Made by a program: the position numbers and the translations under genes. 64,000 nucleotides of DNA from Camelus ferus. Lineage: Eukaryota. The stretch's first letter is position 1. The number at the start of each line of letters is the position of its first letter. The stretch is from NCBI RefSeq assembly GCF_009834535.1, contig NC_045696.1:57476001-57540000 (forward strand), in the 5' to 3' direction. Positions 12,381 through 26,210 of this stretch are shown here, piece by piece. Under the pieces are notes generated by a model, which saw nothing but the letters and a program-made list of their open reading frames with translations, did no database searches and had not been told where the DNA came from.

Positions 12381-15300
12381 GTGAGTATTTCTATATATTT
12401 AGATTGAAGAGATCTTTTTGCAGGATTTCCATTAAATTTAAATGAAAACAATTGCACAATTCATGTAGTGTAGTCAGTTAAAGTAATTAAACAGAACAGC
12501 AAAAAATCTTATTTTCAACTATTTTAGGTAAAGCAATCTTAAAATACTTAAACTCTACTTTGTAAGTTTTGAGAACTATCATATTAAGTGATTTGAAATA
12601 ATTAGAGGTCTAAACAGATATTTATTAAATCACTATTATGAGCAATTTTGTATTCCAAACTAGGAATAATAACATATCCCCTACCTTCTAGTCCTAATCT
12701 GTCACAGCAGACAGACACAAACATCTAGTGCTATAGATTAGAGCATAGACAAATTCTGTTTAAGCACCTAAGTGGAGTTAAATACTCTGCCTGGTGGAAT
12801 CTTGAAAGGCTTTAAAAGGCAGATGCTATTTGACTGAGACTTAAAGGACAAGTAGAATTTCATTGTGTAGAAGGGAGTGGAATATTCTAGGCCAAAGTAA
12901 CAGTATCTGAAAGACTCCAATGAGAAAGAACAAGAATTTTGTGGAATAAATGAATTAATGTAGTAAATTACAGGGTAATGAAAAAATGACTGATAGGAAT
13001 AGTGACTGGAAAGGTAGATGGGCATTATATTATGAGGAATCTTTTATGTTATAATACAGAATTTGGAGTTTATCTCATAGGTATTAGAGAACCATTAGAT
13101 GTTTTTTAGCAGAGAGCTAACAAGATTAGATTCGTGCTTTGGGAGTGATTTTAGCAATAATTTGGGGAATGGGTTGGAAAAGAAAGTTTAGGTCAGGGAG
13201 GCCTTAACCAAAATTTTCACCCATTTTAAAATGTTCCGGTGTATCACAGTAACACTGTTCAATACTGTTTACATAAATACACAAATTCTTTGTTGTATGC
13301 TTTTTTCCCTCAGTCCTTGAGTTAGAAACTTCTTAGCTTTCATGTTGTTTCTTTTTTTTCCTTCTGTATTGACTTGATCTGTTCTCAGAGAAAACCAAGA
13401 CTTAACTTTGTACTTTATTGTAGAGAACACTGGACTTTCTGAGATTTTTTTCCCCTTTGTTTTGTTTAATTTTTGTAATAGGAATGGTTTTGTGCTAGAT
13501 CATCCACATTCTCTTGTAAGCATTTATGAGATGGCTTGTCATGTTCAGAGATATAGCAAACAAACTCTATTCTCTATCTAGTCTTCCATCTTTTTCTTAT
13601 TTTTATCAGTCAACACTATATATTGAGACCCTGCTTTTATGTCAGAGTGTATCAGTTGCCTCTGACGGTTTCCCTAAGGTTAATTAAATTTGCAGGGGCA
13701 CTTTATTGTATATTTCTCATTTGCTTCCTTTGAAATTGAAGGAAATGAAAAATCAATTCAGTACAAGACATTGTAGATAAGTTAGCCTTTGTATTACTGT
13801 GTTATGAAAAAGTGTTCAGATTCTGGTGCCTCTTAAATAGTTTGGAAATTAAGTACCTAATAATCTAAGGCTTTTTTGCTTTATGAGGTTTATTAAAGGA
13901 AAACCTAAATCATTCATTTAATTTTAAAAGTTATTAAAAAGCATCAAGTAGATAACAGGTACCACCTTTTATCCTAGTCTCAGATTATAGGATTATTGAC
14001 CAGTGATGATTGGTTTGCAGAACCTTAGTTGAGTTCTTTGCCATGTAGAATATTGTTTTCTAAAATAACATTCCTCCCATCCTCATCTCTTGCATTGCTT
14101 TTCTACTCCAAGTAGATGGGGATTCTTACACTTATTAATAAACCTTTTTCATTCACACATGATCCTGCTATAATCCAGAGTTGTTATCCACCATGTGTTT
14201 GATTATGGTCTCAATTAAAAATACTTCTTAAAGGAATGACAACTATAGGAGGAAATTTTCAAGCCTACAAATTGTAAATTTTTGAAACAGCAAAGAAATC
14301 ATTTGTGGAAAAGTAACTCCTTCCCCAGCCCACCAGACATATGTCCAAAATGAATATGCCTCAATATTTTTGGGTGTGTATATGTGTACATGAGAAAGAG
14401 ACAGATAGCTAGACCATATACACATGTATTTTCTGTGTGGCAAGTCCTTTGCTAGGTAGCTTTTGGGAATACAGAGGTAGACTAGACATGGTCAGTGTCC
14501 TAAAAAATACTACCATTTAATGAGGAAGGCAGGAGATAACTGAAAAATTTTGTAATATAAGGACTATCATAAGAGAATACACAGAATATTATGGGAGTAT
14601 AAAAGAGAGGTAACTCAGCCTGCGGTGGGAGGGAGAGGGGAGAGAGAGGAGACATCAGGATATGCTGTCTTAAAGATGAGTTGGAATTACTCATGTGAAA
14701 GAAAGAGGGAAGAACCTTTTAGGCAGAGAAAGAAAAAGACATGGAATAAGACAAAGCAACAAAAGAGTCTGTTACACTTGAAGAACCACATATAAGTATT
14801 CTTGTATTTATATGTGGCTAGGTAAGAAACAGTGGCTAGGTAAGAAGGGGGACATATGGGGACATAGTGAGAGATGGAAAGGTATTTAGGAATCAGATAA
14901 AGAAGGGCCTAATGTGTAATGCAGAAAAATTTGAATTTTATCCTGGGACTCTTTCAGATCGCTGGAATGAAAGAAAACTGTTAAAATTACTACCTGTTAA
15001 GAGCAATTTTTTTTTCCTGCTGGGCGTTAGAGTCCTTAAACAATTGTAAATAAGAATAGAAATTACATTCTTAAATTTTGTGGATTTTTCCCCTAAATTA
15101 AAGAACTTCTTTAAATAAGTAGGAGGTTTACATTTCTTCAGTGTTACTAATTTTGTGGGCATTTTGTGGAAATATAATGATCATTAGTTTGAAGCGTTTA
15201 GATTCTCTGATTCTCTTTATGAACTTGCCTTCATATCTTGGTAAAAATGCCTAGATGCTTGGAGACATTCCATAAGATAGAAATTTTATACTTTTAAGAG

Positions 15301-15875
15301 TACCTTCAGGTTCTGGTGGTTCTTTGATAGGGTAGATTTTCTAATTCTCATTCCTCTAGGTTTTCTTTGGTAGTATCGAATAGAAGAAACTAATAAAAAT
15401 GAAGACTGTTAAGGGGATTAATAATGAGCATTTGCTAATCTCTCCTTTTTACAAACAATTCTCTATGGTTGACTGCTATAAAATCTCAAAATGTTGAATT
15501 TTGAAAGGAAAAAATTTACTTGATTGTTAGGATTTGTCATATTGTTAGTGCTGGCTCTCTATTTTGTGGGGTACTTTTGTGGGCCTGGATTAAATAGCCC
15601 TCAGCCTTCCAACTATACTTCCTGTTATGCAACGAATGCATCTCTAGTGGTTGCTTAACAACTTTAGCCCTCAAACCCTGGACTTGTGAGAGTTCCACAT
15701 GTCTGACAGATTGCTATACCACTCTGGACAACCCTCCAATCCAAGGTGAACCTAGTCTGATTCTTTCCATTGAGTTTACTTAGCTCACATGGGAAGATAG
15801 CATAACACATTCTTGGGACTTCAGCTTATTTTAGGACCAGAATCCTATTTTAATGTCCTGTTACAGTATACTTTT

Positions 15876-16169
15876 TTCCCCTTTTTTTCAAATTGAAGTA
15901 TAGTCAGTTTACACTGCTGTGTCAACTTCTGGTGTACAGCATAATGTTTCAGTCATACATGTACATACATATACTCCTCATATTCTTTTTCATTGTAGGT
16001 TACTACAAGATATTAAAGATAGTTCCCTGTGCTATACAGTATAAACTTGTTGTTTATCTATTTTATATATAGTAGTTAGTATCTGCAAATCTTGAACTCC
16101 CAATTTATCCCGTCCCACCCGCTCCCCCATAACCATAAATTTGTTTTCTGTGTCTGTAAGTCTATTTCT
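15876..16169 (-). mobile_element. Short L1 3' UTR insertion
   Basis: L1 3' end; TSD AGTATACTTTT at 15865-15875 and 16170-16180. Confidence 0.85.
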
Positions 16170-17202
16170 AGTATACTTTTAAATGAATTATATATTTTAT
16201 CATTGTATAATAAACCTTTTTTATCCTGTTTTTGTGATTTTAAGCCTAATACCACCTTATTTAATATTAATAGTGCCACTTTTGCTTTCTTTTTGTTTGC
16301 ATGTTCATGGAATCTTAGTGTCTCTACTTTTTTTTAGCTTACATTTTGTTTTAAGTATATCTTTTGTTGACAGAATATTCTGTGTTTCATTTTTAAACCC
16401 GGTGTAATGCTTTCCATTTTTGTTAGGAGAATTCTATCCACATTTAGTTCAAAGTCAATATACTTGATTTTTATTTCTATCATCTTATATGTATTAGTTA
16501 TTTGAATTTGTTTTCTCTTTTTTGTTCTTTATTGGTTTCATCAAACATCTCTTCTTTTCTTTTTGTTTTCCCTCATGTTTAGGAGCGCTACTGTACTCTT
16601 CCATTCCATTATGATTATTTCTTTTTGTGGTATTCATAATCAGGCATCATCAGGATTTGCCGGTCAACAGATAGGAAACAAAATTGGAAGGAGAGTAGGA
16701 AGGAGGATGATGGTAATCTAGGTGAGACAATGATTGAGTTCTGAAGTTGGGTTATAGCAGTTAACATGGAGATGGTAGGATGTATTCAGTGGTTACTTAG
16801 AGGCAAGGAAAGTTCATATGCTTAGAAGTTTCCTGGTACCTTGATATTTTAATACTCTTTATTTGGAGAATTGAATCAGGGACATGGCAAGAAATTGAAG
16901 TTTAAAATAAGAAGATGCTCACTTTAATGAGGAAAAAGTTTAATTAAAAAAAACTTGTTCAAAGTGGAAAAGGCAGGTAGAGAGTATATGAAAGGTTTAT
17001 TTCATTTGTTATTTATGATAAAAATGTTCACATTGTTCATATTTGGCATTCATTGAGTATCTGTGAAGAGCTTAGTACTTTAGGTGCTAAGAGCAATAAA
17101 AAAAAAATTCTGATCCAGTACTTATTCTTCAGAAACTCAGAGTACAATAATGTATTATAATTTAAAAAAGTATCCTATTCTGGGTAAGAATACAAATTAA
17201 AA

Positions 17203-17206
<4 letters not shown>

Positions 17207-17241
<35 letters not shown>
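17207..17241. repeat. (TG)n microsatellite
   Basis: About 17 TG units followed by TA-rich repeats. Confidence 0.95.
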
Positions 17242-17243
<2 letters not shown>

Positions 17244-17686
17244 TTATATATATACATAGATATATATATAGTATGAGTCTTTTAAATGTAATTTGGAGTC
17301 CTTGGATTGCTATTTTGGAGTTCTTACTTGTTTTCAGTCAAGACATCTTAAAAATAAGCTTACCAGCCAGGTAGGCCCAACTTAGTTTTGTCATGATCGT
17401 GCTCCTGGCTCTCTACCTGACCAGGGCTTCAGCTAAGTACTCCACATCTCCCTCTTCTAGGACTGCTCTGGATGTGTCCTCATCTGTGTGCTATGCGTAC
17501 TTGACTTCCTGTAGATCATTTTCATCTTAGAAATAAGGGGGAAAACCTGTTCCTTGCTTTGGTTTCATCAATTTCTCTCCCAGCCTCTCAGAAGTCTAAC
17601 CTACGCCTCTTTTATGGCATTCTCAATGACCAAATTTATCTCATACTCCTCCTTGTGGTCATATGTTAAATCTCTACTGATTGTTA

Positions 17687-20682
17687 ATTTTTTTTCCTTT
17701 TTTTTTTAATTGAGTTATAGTCATTTTACAATGTTGTGTCAAATTCCAGTGTAGAGCACAATTTTTCAGTTATACATGAACATACATATATTCATTGTCA
17801 TATTTTTTTTTCGCTGTGAGCTACCACAAGATCTTGTATATATTTCCCTGTGGTATACAGTATAATCTTGTTTATCTATTCTACATATGCCTGTCAGTAT
17901 CTACAAGTTTTGAAATCCCAGTCTGTCCCCTCCCACTCTCCTCCCCCTTGGCAACCACAAGTTTGTATTCTACGTTATAAGTCTGTTTGTTTTGTATTTA
18001 TGTTCTTTTTTTTTTTAAGATTCCACATATGAGTAATCTCATATGGTATTTTTCTTTCTCTTTCTGGCTTACTTCACTTAGAATGACATTCTCCAGCGAC
18101 ATCCATGTTGCTGCAAATAGCATTATGTTGTTTTTTGTGGCTGAATAGTATTCCATTGTATAAATATACCACATCTTCTTTATCCAGTCATCTGTTGATG
18201 GACATTTAGGCTGTTTCCATGTCTTGGCTATTGTAAATAGTACTGCTACGAACATTGGGGTGCAGGTGTCTTTTTGAAGTAGGGTTCCTTCTGGATATAT
18301 GCCCAGGAGTGGGATTACTGGATCATATGGTAAGTCTATTCCTAGTCTTTTGAGGAATCTCCATACTGTTTTCCACAGTGGCTGCACCAAACTGCATTCC
18401 CACCAGCAGTGTAGGAGGGTTCCCTTTTCCCCACAGCCTCTCCAGCATTTGTCGTTTGTGGATTTTTGAATGATGGCCATTCTGACTGGTGTGAGGTGAT
18501 ATCTCATTGCAGTTTTGATTTGCATTTCTCTGATAATTAGTGATATTGAGCATTTTTTCATGTGCCTATTGATCATTTGTATTTCTTCCTTGGATAATTG
18601 CTTATTTAGGCCTTCTGCCCATTTTTGGATTGGGTTATTTGTTTTTTTTCTTATTAAGTCGTATGAGCTGCTTATACATTCTGGAGATCAAGCCTTTGTT
18701 GGTTTCATCGTTTGCAAAAATTTTCTCCCATTCCATAGATTGTCATTTTGTTTTACTTATGGTTTCCTTTGCTGTGCAGAAGCTTGTACGTTTCATTAGG
18801 TCCCATTTGTTTTTTCTTGCTTTTATTTCTATTGCTTGCCCTAGGAGAACATTTTTGAGATGTATGTCAGATAATGTTTTGCCTATATTTTCTTCTAGGA
18901 GGTTTATTGTATCTTGTCTTTTTTTAACATTTTTTATTGATTTATAATCACTTTACAATGTTGTGTCAAATTCCAGTGTTCAGTACAATTTTTTAGTTAT
19001 ACATGAACATATATATATTCATTGTCACATTTTTTTCTCTGTGAGCTACCATAAGACCTTGTGTATATTTCCCTCTGCTATACAATATAATCTTGTTTAT
19101 CTATTCTACAATTTTGAAATCCTGTCTGTCCTTTCCCACCTTCCACCCACTTGGTAACCACAAGTTTGTATTCTATGTCTATGAGTCTGTTTCTGTTTTA
19201 TATTTATGTCCTTTTTTTTTTTTTAGATTCCACATATGAGCGATCTCATATGGTATTTTTCTTTTTCTTTCTGGCTTACTTCACTTAGAATGACATTCTC
19301 CAGGAGCATCCATGTTGCTGCAAATTGCGTTATGTTGTCAGTTTTTATGGCTGAGTAGTATTCCATTGTATAAATATACCACATCTTCTAGAGCTGATAG
19401 AAGAATTCAACAAGGTAGCAGGTTACAAGATTAACGTTCAAAAATCAGTTGCACTTCTTTACACTAATGATGAATCAACAGAAAAAGAAAGTAAAGAAAC
19501 AATCCCCTTTAAAATAGTACCCAAAGTAATAAAATACCTAGGAAGAAATCTAACCAAGGAGGTGAAAGATTTATACACAGAAAACTATAAACCACTGATA
19601 TTGTATCTTGTCTTATGTTTAAGTCTTTGATCCATTTTGAGTTTATTTTTGTGTATGATGTGAGGGAGTGTTCTAGCTTCATTTATTTACATGCCGCATC
19701 CAGTTTTCCCAACACCATTCGCTGAAGAGACTGTCTTTATTCCATTGTATGTTCTTGCCTCCTTTGTCAAAGATTAGTTGACCAAAAGTTTGTGGGTTCA
19801 CTTCTGGGCTCTCTATTCTATTCCATTGCTCCATATATCTGTTTTTGTACCAAAACCATGCTGTCTTGATTACTGTAGCTCTATAGTATTGTCTAGGTCT
19901 GGGAGAGTTATTCCTCCAGCCTCTTCCTTTTCTTCAGTAATGCTTTGGCAATTCTAGGTCTTTTGTGGTTCCATATAAATTTTATTATGATTTGTTCTAT
20001 TTCTGTGAAATATGTCCTGGGTAATTTGTTAGAGATTGCATTAAATCTGTAGATTGCCTTGGCCAGTATGACCATTTTAACAATATTGATTCTTCCAATC
20101 CAGGAGCATGGGATATCTTTCCATTTTTTAAAGTCTAATTTAATTTCCTTAATCAGTGTTTTATAGTTTTCCATGTATAAGTCTTTCACCTCCTTGGTTA
20201 GATTTATTCCTAGGTATTTTATTACTTTGGGTGCTATTTTAAAGGGGATTGTTTCTTTACTTGTTCTGTTGATTCATCTTTAGTGTAAAGAAATGCAACC
20301 AATGTTTGAACGTTAATCTTGTAACCTGCTACCTTGCTGAATTCTTCAGTTATTTCTAGTAGTTTTTGTGTGGATCTTTTAGGGTTTTCTATATATAGTA
20401 TCATGTCATCTGCATATAGTGCCACTTCTACCTCTTCTTTTCCAATTTGGATTTCTCTTGTATTTCTCTCTCTTGCCTGATTGCTGTGGCTAGGACTTCC
20501 AAGGCTATGTTGAATAGGAGTGGTGATAGTGGGCAACCTTGTCTCATCCCAGATTTTAGTGGGAAGCTTTTGAGTTTTTCACTGTTGAGTACTATGCTGC
20601 CTGTAGGTTTGTCATATATAGCTTTTATTATGTTGAGATATGTTCCCTCTGTACCCACTTTGGTGAGAGTTTTTATCATAAA
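17687..20682 (-). mobile_element. Relatively young 5'-truncated L1 (ORF2 RT to 3' UTR) hosting a nested L1
   Basis: ORF2 fragments [23 protein letters not shown] and the 192-aa C-terminal ORF 17998-18576 ([14 protein letters not shown]). Confidence 0.95.
18921..19598 (-). mobile_element. Nested L1 with 5' inversion (twin priming)
   Basis: 16-bp TSD TATTGTATCTTGTCTT (18905-18920 and 19599-19614). An antisense 3' end at 18921-19389 is joined to a sense-oriented ORF2 piece at 19388-19598. Confidence 0.92.
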
Positions 20683-22146
20683 AACTTTTAAATATGATAT
20701 GCCCTTTAATCTTTTTAGAAATCACCTTTTTCTAACCTGATCTAATATTACTATTGTATTTGACAAAATTATTATAATCGGTCAGTGCTCTAAAAATTTA
20801 ATGTTCTTTTGTAAACTTCAAAACCAAGTAAATATAATGATATATTGTTTAGGGATACTTATATGTGGGATAAAATAAGAGAATGAGAAACATAAAATTC
20901 CTTCAGGGTTAAGGGAGGCAGAGACAAAGGACAGAGGAGGAGCATGTAGGTAGATGTTAGTTATTAGTAAGAATCTAGGATTCTTAAATATTTTATTATG
21001 AAAAATAGAATAATATAATGAACTCCACCAGGTACTCATCACTGACCTTTAATAGTTATCAGCATTTTGCTAATCTTTTTTATATCATTTCCTACTACTT
21101 TTTTTTCCTGACATATGTTAAAGCAATCCCAGCCAGACATGCCATTACATTAATGTTTACATACTCATCTCTAACTGATAAGGATATTTTTATTTTTACC
21201 TAACTACCATACTAACCAGACTGTTATCACCCATAGCAGAATTAATTATAAAATTTAGTCCATATTCATATTTTCATGATAGTCTCAAAAAATTTTTTTT
21301 CAGTTTTTCCCCCTCGGAATCCATCTAAGAGTCCTATTATTGTATTTTGATATTATGTTTCTTAAGTCTCTTTTCTTCTGTAAAAGTCCCTCCCCACTTT
21401 CATGCCACTGGTTTGTTGGTGAAATCAGGTTACTTGTCCCAGAGAAAATATCCACATTTTGGATTTCAAATTACTTCTTTCTGGTATTATTCAACTTGTT
21501 CCTCTATTCCTCATATTTCCTATAAACTGGTAGTTGTATCTAAAGGCTTGACGAGAGTTAGATTCTTTGTGGGGATTTTTTAGGCAAAAATACTTTTATA
21601 GATGATTCTGCATACCTTTTATATCACATCATGAAGCATATAATGTCTGATTGTCCCACTTTTAATGATGCTAAAATTAACCAGTAGGTTTAGTGTAACA
21701 TGTTTCTTGATACATTCATTTTCCTTAATCTGCATAGGGAAGCACCACTTTAATGAAATGCCAGATTTAAAAAATTAAACTTAGGAAGGAAGAAGAGGAG
21801 GGGTAGGAAATATGATTCAGGGTTTCTTTTCCCTTTTTTGTAAGAAATATTGGTTGCATTAGAATTGAATCCCAATTGCCTATTGCAGATCACATCTACA
21901 CATCTGCAAATTCTTCCTCAGGGCAAGTACTTCCTCTATTTTCTTTCCTCAATGACAGCAGCTTTGAGATCTCAGCCTGTCTTTATCTGTATTTTTTACT
22001 GTAGTACTTGTTGCCAGAGTAGTAAGTTTAGGTAGTTAGGTAACTTGAAGTATAAAATAGATTGAGAAAGACAGAAGATCTCAGTGGCCCTCCCAACTGA
22101 ATTTCTATTATAAATTTCAAGTAATAATAATTAACTTTTTAAACAG

Positions 22147-22283
22147 GGATCAACTACACCAGTAACTGTTTTCAAAGGTTCAAAGAAACCTTATTTAAAA
22201 GAATGCATTTTGATTATTAACCATGATACTGGGGAATGTCGACTAGAAAAACTCAACAGCAACATCACTGTTAAAAAAACAAG
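22147..22283 (+). CDS. EAF2: EAF2 exon 3
   Basis: aacAG acceptor, [46 protein letters not shown], donor GTATGT; 137 nt. Confidence 0.96.
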
Positions 22284-24035
22284 GTATGTGGTTAATAAAA
22301 TAAATTTTATTTTATCAACACATAAATTGCTAAGGAAATGTCAGTGGAAAAAGCTATTGGATTAAGTCACATTATTATATAAGGATTATTTCTGTGTGGT
22401 ATAAAAATGTTATTATCTTTTTCTAAGTTTAAATTTGATGGAGATCTATATCCAAAAGCTTTAACCATTTCCCCCTGTGATAATGCAAAGCTTGTTTTGC
22501 TTCTGAATATTTTCTGTATGTATAGGTGTATCTCTTATTCTGTTGTAGGTGCTTTCATAGAACTGGACTGAAAGAAGTCATTATATACTTTTTTAAATAA
22601 TTTCATATTCATTAGTAAAAATTTATCAAGCATCTAGATATGTAAGGCACTAGAAAAAGGATAGTTTCCTTTACAAATACTAACCTCAAATCTTAAACAT
22701 TTTAATTGGATTAACAGACAGTTCCACTAGAAAAGACAATAAGAGAATATAGCCATCTCAAAAAAATTTTTGGAAATAGGCAGTGCATTAATTAACATGT
22801 AATATGAGGGATACGCTCTAAAAGCCATACAAATAGTATAGACAAAAATTGTTCTAGGAATTAAAGGAAGGAAGAGGTTATGATTGATTGGAGCATTCAG
22901 AGAGCCCTTATTGATGTACCTTGAGAAGAAGTTAAAATTTAGGGCTTTTTCCCCCCTCAAATATATTTAATGGTAGGAATTACCTTTGAGTGCTTGTTAA
23001 ACATATTAGTTCCCAAATCTAAGTACAGACCGGAGAAGGAACCTGGGAAGCTCTATTTTTAAATTACCCATTTCCACAGGTGATTTTTATTTGTAGGAAA
23101 GTTTGGAAACTACTGATTTAAATGATCAGAGAGACCATGAGGATGTAAGCAAGGCCTGAAGGCAGGGATATATATGACTTACTTGGAGCCTATGAGTAAG
23201 ACTTACTTGAATAGAGCACAGATTTGTTTTTGTGCCTTTGTAGACTATTAGAAAGTGGGGATCGTGGTTGATAGTAGACTAGAGGTTATTAAGGTAGGTT
23301 GAGGCTAATGCCTTCAATATTAACTATGAAATTAGGACCTTGCCTTATTGGCAGTAATTACATGTTAAAGTGTTTTTTACCAAGAATCTAATTCTTGTTT
23401 TAAAGTATGAATCCACCAAACAAACTAACTTAAATGAAACAATGTGTGAAACAAAAATGCATAAATCATGGTTTTTGAGATTAAGAATGAAGAGAAAAGT
23501 GAAGTTCTAAATGCCTTGTGAAGGAAGAACTAAGAGGATGTGGTGACTGATAATGGGAGAGGCAAATTCAATATAATTGTATTGCATATTCTTTTCTTAA
23601 AAGTATTGAAGGGAAATTATGTGACTCTCCTTTAGTAACATGTCTTAACGTTATGAATGAAAAATGGTAAAATGGTTTAATTTTAACAGAAATGATAACT
23701 TCAGAATTTAAGGTCTATCTTATACCTTATACACTTACGTATAATTTCATTTTATTTTAGTCACTTGTGTATGTCTTATGTATTCAATTTTGAGTAGTGA
23801 TTTTGCGTTTATTCACATTTGTATCCCTCAGTGGACTTGTGTGTGTGCTATGCATATAGCAAGGCTCAATAAATATTTGTTAAATAATGAATTAAATTAA
23901 TGTTTAATCCTTGAATATCACTTTAAAGATCTCTAGGGAAAAGAATAAGTGGTCAACTTCAGTAACTTTGTGAATTGAAATTGTTGTTATATTGCTGTTA
24001 TACTTGTTTTGACCTTTTGATATTCTTAATTGCAG

Positions 24036-24181
24036 AGTTGAAGGAAGCAGTAAAATGCAGTATCGTATAGAGCAACAGCAGCAACAAATGAGGAATTCAA
24101 CTAGGACTCCCAACCTTGTAAAACACTCTCCATCCGAAAACAAGATGTCCCCAGCATCTCCAATGGATGATATTGAAAGAG
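24036..24181 (+). CDS. EAF2: EAF2 exon 4
   Basis: tgcAG acceptor, VEGSSKMQYRIEQQQQQMRNSTRTPNLVKHSPSENKMSPASPMDDIER, donor GTAAAA; 146 nt. Confidence 0.96.
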
Positions 24182-26210
24182 GTAAAATCTATGTGTATAT
24201 AATGTCCCTTTACAAGAAATTATTAAGAAATGTTAAGTGAAAATTTTCATTTTAATTGACAAGGAATCTAAAATTCTACTGAGAGCAAAATGTCTTTTTC
24301 ATGGATTTTTCCTGGGGAAGAGTGTAGGTTATGATTTGGAGTATTATGTGCATAAGCCTATACCTATATGAGAATTTATATTTTTTTTAATTATTCAGGG
24401 GAAAACAGTAACTATTTAGATATGTGTAACTGGAGTTTTCTTCCTTTTGACAGTAGTGATGATTCAAATTCAGTTCTTCACAGCATCTTCCTATTGAAGT
24501 TTTTTGTGTAGAGCCAGACTGTAGATGTCTAAGATGTCACCAAACCAATAGTGAAGTAGGAGATGTAGTAAGCTGAAGCAGCGGGCAAGTTCTTCTGAAT
24601 TGCTGCTTACTTCTCAGAAGGAAGATGTTTCTAGAGAGGCACAGTCATTTTGAAAGTAAGAAAACTTAAATCTCCGTTTTTTTCCTAGCTGCAGTTTGGG
24701 TGTTGGTGTTATGGTAATTGTAGTAAGAGTAAGACCCTGGTCACCAAAGTGTATTTGCTTCTAAATTTTTCCTTCATAACTTGCATATAGCTATTTCCAC
24801 TTGCCCCTTTCTAGGCCACTGTAGTATTAGTTCCCTAATATATTAGTGTTCCCTTTACAAACAGAAAAGAAGATATAAGTTCAGAACCTTTTTGCTAGAA
24901 GGGATCCTGAATTTTATTTTATTATTATATCATATCTGTTTCCAAAATGGATTTGAATCATGGTGTCATTTTATGCATGTGTATAATAAAATACTAGAAC
25001 AGAAAATCAAGATTTTGAAGGGGAAGAGGAAGCAAATTTGCCAATTATTAACACATTGAATTTATATCTGAGCTTCCTATCCACTAATGCAAAAATGAAG
25101 ACCTAAGTAGCATATTTTGTATTATTTAAGAGATAGGTTCCAAAGACTCAAGACTCTTTCCTCCTACTAAATTTTAAAAGGAATTTGTCATATAGAACCT
25201 GTTGTTTGGAGCATTAAACTATATAGTATCTTCAACAATAATTTTACAATACAAAAAGAGGTTCCGCTATATGGCAGTTTTTTAGCAGAGATCTTAATAA
25301 AAACATTGTATTGAAGCATTGTATTGTGGAGGATAAGTTAACATTATCTAAGCATAAAGATCTAACTTTGAATAAGAATTTACCTTGAGATGTTTGTATA
25401 GGATGTTCCTTAGACTGTCTTCTTTTGAATATTTTCTTGACCCTGCTATGCCAGTGCTTACTGCTCAGGTTGAATTATTTTTTCAGGTTTATCTTTAGAT
25501 GTCTGTCAATTGTACTAGTGTTTCTGTGGTTTAATTTTTACATTTTCATGTTTGAGATGTCTGGAATTTTAGTTTAGGATTTAAGAATCTAAATTTCCCT
25601 CCTCTGCAGCAGTATATTTAAAATAGGTATTGAGAGAGACTTGACAAATGTGGTATTTGTAAAGAGTGTATATCAATATTCATTTATTGAATAAGCCTCT
25701 ATTTCTGGTATAAAAAGCCATTTTTATCACCTGCAAAATTTCTATCTGGATTTAAGTCTGTCTCACAGTATAAGATATGCAATGGCCAGTAAATATATGA
25801 AAAATTGATCAGACCCACTAATGCTTTCAAAATGCAAATTTTAAGATTAAAAGATTTTTTTCTAATAATTTAATAGTTTCATTCCTACAGTATCTGACAC
25901 TATGAAGGAGTTACATGAGTATGCCTAGACATGAATAAGCCAAAAATTTAACATAATTTCAAGGAGAAATTAATAAATTCATTTCATAGTAGGAGATTTC
26001 TAGTATACCCCTCTCAGAAATTGATAGATTCAGGAGACCCCAAATTAATACAGTTTGCAAAGTATCATTAAGAAGCTTGACTTAAGTAGACATATATAGA
26101 ACTCTGCATGAACAGTTTGAGATATACAGTTTTTTTCAAGTCCACGTGAAATTAAAAAAAAAAAAAAAACTGGCCACGTGCTATATAGCAAAGCATCTCA
26201 TAAAAAAAAC

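Noticed and set aside
17998..18576. 192-aa ORF as a novel gene
   Set aside because: It is the C-terminal part of L1 ORF2 in a 5'-truncated element. The same applies to ORFs at 9919, 19908-20679, 34358, 39539 and 40152.
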